Source: Thermoplasmata archaeon (GTDB lineage Archaea; Thermoplasmatota; Thermoplasmata; GCA-020350865). From it: a stretch of DNA of 64,000 nt. The translations under genes and the position numbers were made by a program. The stretch spans positions 4,717,060 to 4,781,059 of the forward strand of contig CP070751.1 in the NCBI GenBank assembly GCA_020348445.1, given 5' to 3'. Shown here one piece after another: positions 20,601-26,972 of this stretch; within the stretch, counting starts at the first letter, position 1; each line of letters begins with the position of its first letter. The notes beneath the pieces are model-generated. The model made no database searches, was not told where the DNA came from, and saw nothing but the letters and a program-made list of their open reading frames with translations.

Positions 20601-23600
20601 ACAATGTAGTTACCTTGGATTATGCAGATGCAAACGGGAACTACTATCCACAGGAAAGCGATTATGCAGATGTTGTAGTCACCGCCCCTGTCATGCACAT
20701 ATCCAAGACAGGTCCCGATTCTGCAACACCTGCCGAGCCAATCCAATACACCATCACGTATTCAAATACAGGATCCGGTCTTGCCACACTAGTTGAGGTT
20801 GTGGATAACCTGCCTGATTATGTTACCTTTGTTTCTGCCACACCAGCTCCCACATCGGTTTCGGGAAATACCTTGACCTGGGAAATCGGAGATGTGGCAA
20901 GCGGAGGAAGCGGTACGATTGTAGTAAATGTTAAAATCGATTTGGTTGTCCCTGATGGCGAAGAGCTGGTTAATTTTGTGACTCTGTACTACTCTGATGC
21001 AAACGGCAATCCTCTTCCACCAGAGAGGGATTCTGTTACAACCACAATAGAGGCTGGATCAATTGGTGATTTTGTATGGCATGATCAGAACATGAACGCT
21101 CTGTACGATCCTTCAGAGCCAGGTGTAGGAGGAATAACTGTTGTGCTTCAGGGAACCACAACTTACGGAGACGCAGTTTATCTGACAACTACAACAGATT
21201 CCAATGGTAACTATCTATTTGGAGGACTTGGACCCGGTGATTATGAGGTGGACCTGGACCTGAGCTGGGGCTGGGCGGTAACCACTCCGCATCCAATATA
21301 TGTCACCCTTGGCATTGGCATGGACTACCTTGATGCTGACTTCGGAATTGTGAAGGCCGAGATAGAAAAAACAGTTTCTCCAGATGTGGCAAAGATCGGT
21401 AATATCCTCCATGTGCATCTATGGGTAAAGAATCCCTTCGACTCTGGTGAGGTTGTGGATACCTTGCCATGGGAACTTGAATACATTGGAAATGCAATTG
21501 ACGATGACGGTGATGGTTTAATAGACGAAGAAAGGCAGGACGGCCTGGACAACGATGGTGACACTCTAATCGACGAGGATGTGGGCAACTTCCTATTCGA
21601 CGGTAACTATATCACAGGCGGGCTCAGCCTCGATGGTAACAAGGTCATATACCAGCTGCCTGGAAAGGGAATATTTACCATCGATTTCGACATCATTGTC
21701 GTGGTGGACCCAGAGGGCGAGAAGTATGTTACAAACCTTGCAGAGATAATAGTGGATGACGAGGTCATGGCATATGACACATACACGATTTTAATCAGAT
21801 ATTCTGGATTTGACAAGTACTTCCTGCCTATAAACGATCCACAGCCGCCACCTGAACCTGGCGAAATTGTGGTGGATGGATCGACTCCCGGCTACTTCTT
21901 CGACTACGGCGACGGTGATGGCATAATAGAGGTTGGGGAGCTTATATTCTGGGTCGTGGAGTACAACATAACAAACAAGTTCAACTACACCTGGACAAAC
22001 GTCAGAATGGAGGACAGATGGGGAGGAGAATATGGTGTCGGTGGAGATGGAGCAGACAACGATAACGACGGTTTAATCGATGAGGAAGCCTTCAACATGA
22101 TGGATGACGACGGTGATGGGAAGATCGACGAGGATATCGATGTCTTATGGCTATCGCAGGGGAGCGTCTCAATTACCCTGAGGGGAACTCCACCTCATAG
22201 CGACAAGGTTTATATGTATTGGGATGTGGGAACTCTTGCACCTGGTGAGACTGCCTTGCTGCGCCTCCCAGTTTTCACTGACAGAAATCCAGGAGACAAT
22301 GTAAACTTCCCCCAGGGCCATCAGAGCTTCAGTTCACCAGGATACTATATCATGAATTCAGGTGGTGTGGTCAAGTGGCTAGACGAAAGGGGAAAGCAGC
22401 ACAGCGCTCATACACTGAGGCTATATACAAATGCAACAAATGGAGGTGGAGATACAGCAACTGGCGTGTATTCAGAGCCAGCCAGCGTGACGGGATATGA
22501 GCTGCGGTACAATCCCACACTAATGGAGGGAGAGAGCCAGACCTTCCAGGTTGAGCTTTCAAATCCGTCAGAACTTGGAGTGACTGTTTTCTGGTATCTA
22601 GACGGTGAATTTGTTGGCCAGGGACCTACTTTCGAATTCATTGCTCAAGAAGCAGGGACATATATACTGACTGCCAAGACTGCTGGTGAATATCATCTCA
22701 CTGGAGTATCGCTAATTACTGTTGAGGCTGAAGAACATACATGGACAATACAAGTCTTGGAAGATACAGATCCGCAGGCTGTGATTTCCTCACCTCCAGA
22801 TGGCGCAACATTCTACGAGAACGACGAAATAACGTTCGATGGAAGCTCCAGCTACGACCTGGAATCTGCTATTACCTACGAATGGGATCTCGGAGATGGC
22901 TTTACTTCTTCCTTGCCTACACTAACCTATTCTTATGAGAACGAGGGAGATTATATTGTGACCCTGACAGTGACAGATTCCAAGGTACAATCAGGAACTT
23001 CGTACATGACAATTCATATTGTAGCAAGAATGCCCACTGCAATTATCGATAGTCCTACAATGTCCACATTCTACGAAGGTGACACAATTTACTTCAGCGG
23101 CCACGCAACATATCCAGGGGATGAATCCACGCTTACCTACATATGGGACTTCGGACATGGAAACCTCTTCTTTGGCAAGACCATTGATTACACCTTCTCA
23201 GATGATGGTGTGTATACAGTTAGTTTCACAGTAAAAGACTCTGAAGGGCACATGGATACAGTCTTTGTATACCTAACAATCCTGAATGTAGATCCCGAGG
23301 CTACAATTGACGCACCCCTTGAAGCAGAGGTTGAGGAAACAGTTCACTTCAATGCAGAGGCCAGTGATCCCGGTGACGATACCCTGACCTATGAATGGAA
23401 CTTTGGAGATGGAAGCTCCGCATATGGCAAGACTGTTACACACGAATATCTTGCCTCTGGTCAGTACGAAGTAACACTGACTGTCCGTGATGAGGATGGA
23501 GGCCAAAGTGTCATCACAACCATCATTACCATATCAGATAAGCCACCATCCGAACCTCCAATAGAAGAACCGGATGTTCCTGAGGATACCCCAGAATCAG

Positions 23601-23827
23601 GTAACGAGGAACCAACAAAGCCAGAGAAACCATCTTCAGAACCAGAAAAACCACCCCACTCAGGTACCAAACCAAGCGACGATCCAACAAAATCAAATAA
23701 GAACAAGGATAAGAAGCTCGATATTATAGCAGTAATTCCAGTGTATGCAATTCTTGCAGCTATTGTATTTGCAATGAACATATTGACATCTGGGACCTAC
23801 TATCAGATACGAAGAAGGAGATTTTAA
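14624..23827 (+). CDS. Giant DUF11-repeat cell-surface protein, paralog of the upstream gene: signal peptide, shared head, 15 DUF11 repeats, SdrD B-like domain, Asp-rich inserts, 3 PKD domains, Pro-rich linker, TM helix and RRRRF tail
   Basis: Basic then hydrophobic N-terminus. SIGDFVWHDQNMNALYDPSEPGVGGITVVL is SdrD_B-like. PKD motifs TYEWDLGDG, TYIWDFGHG and TYEWNFGDG. C-terminal hydrophobic helix plus Arg cluster. Confidence 0.92.
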   Translation: MRGKGKGVLAVKKANSIVVMTLLVIGTLVLAVTPPGEEPDHIEDWPDESEWINYTFRGERIRDWEDKPYENDPTHGIANVQPDAVDIASGVDASGGGAENNPGNFTSVQYVYKDVNGDSVGCENIEDDWLFLRMRVAGDPRATGGKYMYKAYHWDILIEVDGDLWSEFVVDLNGGDGYFKWGTVGVYYNNTEDYEYDPDNDWVWLQEASKAKNKFTRPVLIDYGTDTEDDDQWWIEYRIPVTAFTDYDDNQLLCSNTGFLLFFSTSASLTNPLQKDWMGEYIFGQPANITVEKTVEEGTVAPGDTLHYKIYYNNTGDFNANHVWVNDTIPEYTTFLDCSPAYDSVDDRTYRWYFTDVEPGNYTIYLNVTVDAGVPDGTILRNVVALNYTDHQDNELPGSEDETENPVEGPDMTFTKEADSSTANPGDTLTYTLTYENTGSGGAYNVVITDTLPDYVELDYSDPAPTSEVGNILTWEFDVVPGNSVNYIYIYVIVDPYTEDGTYLVNYATLEYEDVNENLYPSLEDWANVTVTAPMMTISKTADVAEADPGDYITYTIEYENTGSGDATDVVIVDTIDPDTTFVNATPAQSIKVGDVITWNIGTVSGGGSGTIILIVKVDAYVEDGIILRNTVTLNYNDANGNPQDEESDYVDVTVTAPDMTISKTADKTEANPGDQITYTIEYENTGTGDATDVVIVDTIDPDTTFVSASPSPSSVVGDVITWNFGTVSGGGSGTITLIVEVDPYVEDGTVLTNTVTLNYDDANDNPQDEETDSVDVTVTAPGMTITKTADVSEADPGDYITYTISYENTGSGDATDVVIVDTIDPDTTFVNATPAPSSEVGDVLTWNIGTVSGGGSGIIILIVKVDAYVEDGTILRNTVTLNYDDANGNPQDEESDYVDVTVTAPDMTISKTADVSEADPGDQITYTIEYENTGTGDATDVVIVDTIHPDTTYVSATPAPSSIVGDVITWNLGTVSGGGSGSITLIVEVDAYVEDGTVLTNFVTLNYDDANGNPQDEETDSVDVTVTAPVMTISKTADVSEADPGDYITYTIEYENTGSGDATDVVIVDTIDPDTTFVNATPAPSSKVGDVITWNIGTVSGGDSGIIILIVKVDAYVEDGTILTNTVTLNYDDANGNPQDEETDCVKVTVTAPDMTISKTADVSEADPGDYITYTIEYENTGSGDATDVVIVDTIDPDTTYVNATPTPSSIVGDVITWNIGTIAGRDAGSFSLIVKVDAYVEDGTILRNTVTLNYDDANGNPQDEESDYVDVTVTAPDMTISKTANVSEADPGDYITYTIEYENTGSGDATDVVIVDTIDPDTTYVNATPAPSSIVGDVITWNIGLVAKETGGSIELIVKVDIGTPDGTLLCNYVTLNYDDANGNPQPEESDCADVTVTAPKMTFKKSADVTHADPGDPIVYTLTYENKGSGDATLVVVTDTIPSDVTYVSSNPVYDSVSGNTYTWNIGTVAGYSSGTITLTVKVNVGVADGTVLHNEATLDYADANGNYYPQLQDDADVTVTAPDMTITKTANVSEVDPGDTIVYTLFYENHGSGVATDVVVTDTIPLHTTFVISDPVHDSVSGRTYTWNIGTVAGYGSGTITINVTVDAGTPDQTVLRNDATLDYDDANGNPYPQETDYACVTVTAPEMSITKTANVETADPGDQITYTIVFENSGTGNATNVWINDTIPADTTYGSSSPTYDYNNGDTYMWYYALIGPGASVTISIVVKVDVGTPDKTLLHNSVTLDYADDNGNPLPQESDFANVNVTAPVMTIIKSADVSYADPGDTIEYTIEYENTGSGWASLVEIVDTIPADTTFLNSTPSPTSSAGDVYTWTIGDVAPGASGTITIIVTVDVGTADETLLHNVATLDYADANGNYYPQESDYADVIVTAPDLSIMKTANMSLANPGDTIEYTIEYENSGTGWASLVEIVDTIPADTTFVGSTPSPDSSTGDVYTWTIGDLAPGASGTITITVTVDVGTPDRTLLHNVVTLDYADANGNYYPQESDYADVVVTAPVMHISKTGPDSATPAEPIQYTITYSNTGSGLATLVEVVDNLPDYVTFVSATPAPTSVSGNTLTWEIGDVASGGSGTIVVNVKIDLVVPDGEELVNFVTLYYSDANGNPLPPERDSVTTTIEAGSIGDFVWHDQNMNALYDPSEPGVGGITVVLQGTTTYGDAVYLTTTTDSNGNYLFGGLGPGDYEVDLDLSWGWAVTTPHPIYVTLGIGMDYLDADFGIVKAEIEKTVSPDVAKIGNILHVHLWVKNPFDSGEVVDTLPWELEYIGNAIDDDGDGLIDEERQDGLDNDGDTLIDEDVGNFLFDGNYITGGLSLDGNKVIYQLPGKGIFTIDFDIIVVVDPEGEKYVTNLAEIIVDDEVMAYDTYTILIRYSGFDKYFLPINDPQPPPEPGEIVVDGSTPGYFFDYGDGDGIIEVGELIFWVVEYNITNKFNYTWTNVRMEDRWGGEYGVGGDGADNDNDGLIDEEAFNMMDDDGDGKIDEDIDVLWLSQGSVSITLRGTPPHSDKVYMYWDVGTLAPGETALLRLPVFTDRNPGDNVNFPQGHQSFSSPGYYIMNSGGVVKWLDERGKQHSAHTLRLYTNATNGGGDTATGVYSEPASVTGYELRYNPTLMEGESQTFQVELSNPSELGVTVFWYLDGEFVGQGPTFEFIAQEAGTYILTAKTAGEYHLTGVSLITVEAEEHTWTIQVLEDTDPQAVISSPPDGATFYENDEITFDGSSSYDLESAITYEWDLGDGFTSSLPTLTYSYENEGDYIVTLTVTDSKVQSGTSYMTIHIVARMPTAIIDSPTMSTFYEGDTIYFSGHATYPGDESTLTYIWDFGHGNLFFGKTIDYTFSDDGVYTVSFTVKDSEGHMDTVFVYLTILNVDPEATIDAPLEAEVEETVHFNAEASDPGDDTLTYEWNFGDGSSAYGKTVTHEYLASGQYEVTLTVRDEDGGQSVITTIITISDKPPSEPPIEEPDVPEDTPESGNEEPTKPEKPSSEPEKPPHSGTKPSDDPTKSNKNKDKKLDIIAVIPVYAILAAIVFAMNILTSGTYYQIRRRRF
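16223..18830 (+). repeat. Intragenic tandem array of 372-bp DUF11 units, DVITWNIG subtype, 7 copies
   Basis: Equivalent codon at 16223 and 16595 (period 372). Near-identical units containing aatccacaggacgaaga. Confidence 0.88.
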
Positions 23828-23856
23828 TCTCCTTTATTTTTTTTATTTTTCATTCT
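23828..23856 (+). terminator. Archaeal oligo-T terminator
   Basis: tctcctttatttttttttattttt-type T-rich run directly after the stop codon. Confidence 0.7.
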
Positions 23857-23862
23857 TGTATT

Positions 23863-23876
23863 GAAAAGATTTTAAA
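23863..23876 (+). promoter_or_regulatory. BRE/TATA promoter of the probably leaderless trm5 transcript
   Basis: gaaaagattttaaa ending 18 nt before the ATG at 23894, with no Shine-Dalgarno. Confidence 0.55.
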
Positions 23877-23893
23877 TCCTTTAATCTTATATC

Positions 23894-24934
23894 ATGAGCA
23901 TGAAATCTCCTTGTATTGTAGTGCCTAAGAAGAAAGGGGAAGAAGTGCGCAAGGCTCTTATCGATAAAGGATTATTGAATATAGAGCTGGCCATCAATAG
24001 AGATGAGGAATTCCTTTACCTCCCATTAGTTGGCGGTGAGAGGGGGAAAGAAGTCCTAGGATACGAGGTAATTGAACGGGACTTTCAGGTTTTGGAAAGA
24101 GGAACAAAGAGTTACAAAGAGCTATTGGATCTTTCTGATGAACTCAAATCCAAATTGCCCACCTCCTTTGATGTCGTTGGAAATGTTGCCATAATAAAAC
24201 TGCAAGATGAGGTTCTAGAATACAAAGAGATAATAGGTAAGGCTTTGCTTTCAGCCAACAAGAGCATAGAAACCGTTGCATTGGATCGGGGGGTTGTTGG
24301 TGAGGAAAGGGTAAGAAACCTGGAAGTCGTGGCAGGTCAGGCGAGTACTGAGACTGTTCACAAGGAATACGGCATTGAACTGGAAACTGACCCTGCCAAC
24401 GTTTACTTCTCTCCCCGTCTGGCAACTGAGCACTGGAGGATTGCCCAGATGGTGGAGGATGGTGATGTGGTAATAGACATGTTCTGCGGAATCGGACCTT
24501 TTTCGATTCTCATTGCCAAGAATAGAAAGCCCAAGATGATATATGCCATCGATATTAACGAGAAAGCCATTGGTTATCTTAGAAAGAATATTGAAAGGAA
24601 CAAGGTATCAAATATAGAACCTACACATGGTGATTCGAAAGTTATTGTCCCCAAACTTGAGCATGCAGATAGGATCATCATGAACCTACCCCACTCGGCC
24701 TTTGAATATCTGTCTTCTGCTTTTTCTAACATTAAAGATAAAGGGACCATTCATTACTATGAAATTCTGGGTCATGAAAAGAAGGAGGAAAGGTGGGTTG
24801 AAATAGATAAGGAAGCATCCAATCGAGGCATAAAATTAGAAAAGTTGGGTGAAAGGGAGGTCCATACCTACTCTCCAGAATCAAGCTTGTACTGTTTTGA
24901 TTTTAAGGTCAGTAAGGGGAAAGGCCATGTATGA
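23894..24934 (+). CDS. trm5: tRNA (guanine-37-N1)-methyltransferase, Trm5/Tyw2 family (Trm5b-like)
   Basis: SFDVVGNVAII, VYFSPRLATE, SAM-binding DMFCGIGPF and RIIMNLPH. N-terminal D1-like domain present. Confidence 0.88.
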   Translation: MSMKSPCIVVPKKKGEEVRKALIDKGLLNIELAINRDEEFLYLPLVGGERGKEVLGYEVIERDFQVLERGTKSYKELLDLSDELKSKLPTSFDVVGNVAIIKLQDEVLEYKEIIGKALLSANKSIETVALDRGVVGEERVRNLEVVAGQASTETVHKEYGIELETDPANVYFSPRLATEHWRIAQMVEDGDVVIDMFCGIGPFSILIAKNRKPKMIYAIDINEKAIGYLRKNIERNKVSNIEPTHGDSKVIVPKLEHADRIIMNLPHSAFEYLSSAFSNIKDKGTIHYYEILGHEKKEERWVEIDKEASNRGIKLEKLGEREVHTYSPESSLYCFDFKVSKGKGHV

Positions 24935-25682
24935 CCCAATAAAAAGAACAGAGACCCTGGAAAAATATGCATTTAAAGGAGAAAGCAGGGCCTATTATCG
25001 CTTCCGGCCAGCTAAGTGGTATGGAGGTATAGTCACAGGGGATGTGACCTGCTGTAACCTTCTATGCGCCTTCTGCTGGGCAGGTGATAAAATAAGGCAT
25101 CACCCAGGGCAAGTTGGTAAGTTCTATACTCCTGAAGAGGTCTTCAAGAAGCTGTGCTCAATAGGTGATAAAAAAGGATACAGATTGATGAGGCTCTCGG
25201 GTCAGGAGCCCACAATTGGAAGGGAGCATCTGTTAAAACTCCTTTCGCTCGTTGATAAAACAAAGTACAGGTTCATTCTCGAGACCAACGGAATTCTAAT
25301 CGGCCATGAAAAGGAATATGCTGAAGCCCTTTCCAAATTCAAAAACCTCCATGTCAGAGTCTCGCTGAAAGGCACGAATGAGGAGGAATTTTCTGCCCTA
25401 ACCGACGCAAATCCCGAGGGATTTTCCCTTCAACTCAAAGGACTTGAAAACCTGGTTGCAGCTGGTGTCTCCTGTCACCCTTCAGTTATGGTATCCTTCT
25501 CTGACCCAGGGAATATAAGAAAATTGGGGGAGCGTCTTGCAGCCGTGGCCCCCTTCCTAAAAAAGGAGATGGAAATAGAGGAGCTGATTTTATATCCCCA
25601 TGTTACCAAGCGTCTAAAAGACACGGATTTTAAATATAGAGTTGGACACGATCCCGGGTGTGTTCCAAAAGAATTGATTTGA
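24927..25682 (+). CDS. Radical SAM protein of an uncharacterised archaeal family (COG5014-like)
   Basis: CNLLCAFC (CxxxCxxC), LSGQEP and ETNG. The ATG at 24927 overlaps the trm5 stop by 8 nt and is more plausible than the track start at 24849. Confidence 0.85.
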   Translation: MYDPIKRTETLEKYAFKGESRAYYRFRPAKWYGGIVTGDVTCCNLLCAFCWAGDKIRHHPGQVGKFYTPEEVFKKLCSIGDKKGYRLMRLSGQEPTIGREHLLKLLSLVDKTKYRFILETNGILIGHEKEYAEALSKFKNLHVRVSLKGTNEEEFSALTDANPEGFSLQLKGLENLVAAGVSCHPSVMVSFSDPGNIRKLGERLAAVAPFLKKEMEIEELILYPHVTKRLKDTDFKYRVGHDPGCVPKELI

Positions 25683-25726
25683 CCTTATAGGTAGAATCCT
25701 TTAGAATAGTAATCCCATTGAAATAT

Positions 25727-26449
25727 TCAATCTACCTTTTCAAGGGCATTTCGGCCTTCATGCGATTGAATTTGCCAGATTCCTTGTTGTTCGTAGTACT
25801 CAAAAATCCCAGTGAAAACAACATCGTCGCCATATTGTATCCTCATCTCATCCCTATCCACAAACTGGGTGATGTTGAAAACAATGCAGTTCACAGAGTA
25901 ATATCCATCATCGCTTGTATTTTGAAGGGTGAACGTGAAAGCTTTGATGCTCTCTATTTCTTCGATCTTCCAGACATTGCCCCTGACCACCACCTGTACA
26001 CCCTCAAAAACCTCGGGCCTTTTGAGGATGACATTTAAAGGAATGATGTTGTTAGCTGCAGTTTGAAGAAGCTCGATTCCCTCGGAAGACATAACGTGAA
26101 TAAGAATCTCACCTTTGTAATCCTCCACAAGTCCCGAGACCCTGATCTTAGCCCCCGGAATCAATTTATCCTGATGATCAAGATTTTCCACGGCATCTGA
26201 ATCCACGTTCACTTCCACGGTTTTACCAGATTCGTAATCCACCAATATGAGTGAAAGGTCCCCGTCCTGCCAGGTCTTTACCTCTTTGATATTGCCCTCG
26301 ACCTCCACCATACTTCCAATGTACTTCGGCCCCAAATCGCCGATGGACACTGTCTTTTCCTCTATCATAACGGCATAGGCATAGATCCCGAAGATACCGA
26401 TAAGCGAAATAAGAATCACAAGTAAGATGAGCTTCGGCTTTTCCATCAT
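25727..26449 (-). CDS. Membrane-anchored protein with two OB-fold domains
   Basis: N-terminal hydrophobic helix, then VEVEGNIKEV...GAKIRVSGLVEDYKGEILI and VVVRGNV...GDDVVFTGIFEYY. Confidence 0.7.
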   Translation of the reverse strand: MMEKPKLILLVILISLIGIFGIYAYAVMIEEKTVSIGDLGPKYIGSMVEVEGNIKEVKTWQDGDLSLILVDYESGKTVEVNVDSDAVENLDHQDKLIPGAKIRVSGLVEDYKGEILIHVMSSEGIELLQTAANNIIPLNVILKRPEVFEGVQVVVRGNVWKIEEIESIKAFTFTLQNTSDDGYYSVNCIVFNITQFVDRDEMRIQYGDDVVFTGIFEYYEQQGIWQIQSHEGRNALEKVD

Positions 26450-26549
26450 GTAAAAGGGGGTATGGATGATAAGGGTAATAAAATATACTCTTTTGGGCCC
26501 CTCTCCTACTCTGTATTATATTTGGGGCGTAACTAAGAAAAGTAAAAAA

Positions 26550-26573
26550 AGCCACTGAAGGGATTTTGGAACC
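26550..26573 (-). repeat. Duplicated 3' end of tRNA-Thr (att-like relic)
   Basis: agccactgaagggattttggaacc versus tRNA 26680-26701 agccactgaagggatttgaacc: 17 nt identical, then a short indel. Followed on the minus strand by its own T-run. Confidence 0.8.
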
Positions 26574-26679
26574 TAAAACTTTTTGAGACTCGCCTGCGCT
26601 GGCCAATGCTCACCAAAAAGTTTCAGCCATCCAAAAACCTCGCATTGGCCTGCTCGGCTCGCATTTTGAAAAAAGAAAG

Positions 26680-26751
26680 AGCCACTGAAGGGATTTGAAC
26701 CCCTGATCTGCTGATTACGAATCAGCCGCTCTACCGCTGAGCTACAGTGGC
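26680..26751 (-). tRNA. tRNA-Thr(CGT), intronless, CCA not encoded
   Basis: Minus strand reads GCCACTG TAGCTCAGCGGTAGAGC G GCTGA-TT CGT AA-TCAGC AGATC AGGGG TTCAAAT CCCTT CAGTGGC T, a full cloverleaf. Confidence 0.97.
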
Positions 26752-26908
26752 AAATGATGTCCATACGACGTAGCTTAGCTGGCTAGTGGAGACCGAAGGT
26801 TTCCACGAAAGACCGCTGAGCTACAGTGGCATATGTATTTGATGTGAGTAGCTTAGCCGGTGCAGAGGGGCTCGCAATGGCACCTCCAAACCACTAAGCT
26901 ACAGTGGC
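26752..26908 (-). repeat. Two tandem 79/78-nt units, each: tRNA 5' 18-mer, 30-nt variable segment, 13-nt antisense of the tRNA D-arm, 17-18 nt variable linker
   Basis: The 18-mer at 26813-26830 is identical to tRNA nt 1-18, and the copy at 26891-26908 has two transitions. Anti-repeats CCAGCTAAGCTAC (26770-26782) and CCGGCTAAGCTAC (26848-26860). Confidence 0.9.
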
Positions 26909-26938
26909 ATCGAGCTTACAGCATGAAATACCACTGAG

Positions 26939-26952
26939 CTTAAAAGGGTTTT
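26939..26952 (-). promoter_or_regulatory. Probable BRE/TATA promoter of the tRNA-Thr precursor
   Basis: Minus strand AAAACCC-TTTTAAG, about 30 nt upstream of the distal tRNA 5' copy. No TATA-like sequence at the usual distance from the intact tRNA. Confidence 0.6.
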
Positions 26953-26972
26953 GTGAAAAATATGAGGTGTTT

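Noticed and set aside
75-23781. Dozens of 60-150 aa ORFs overlapping the two DUF11 genes, many recurring on the minus strand
   Set aside because: They are shadow frames that repeat with the 372-bp period of the host gene and show no independent start signals or family motifs.
26752-26908. Canonical CRISPR array, or a split or intron-containing tRNA
   Set aside because: Only two units, the repeat is tRNA-derived and no cas genes are present. The tRNA at 26680-26751 is already complete and no convincing bulge-helix-bulge was seen. Kept instead as a novel-array finding.
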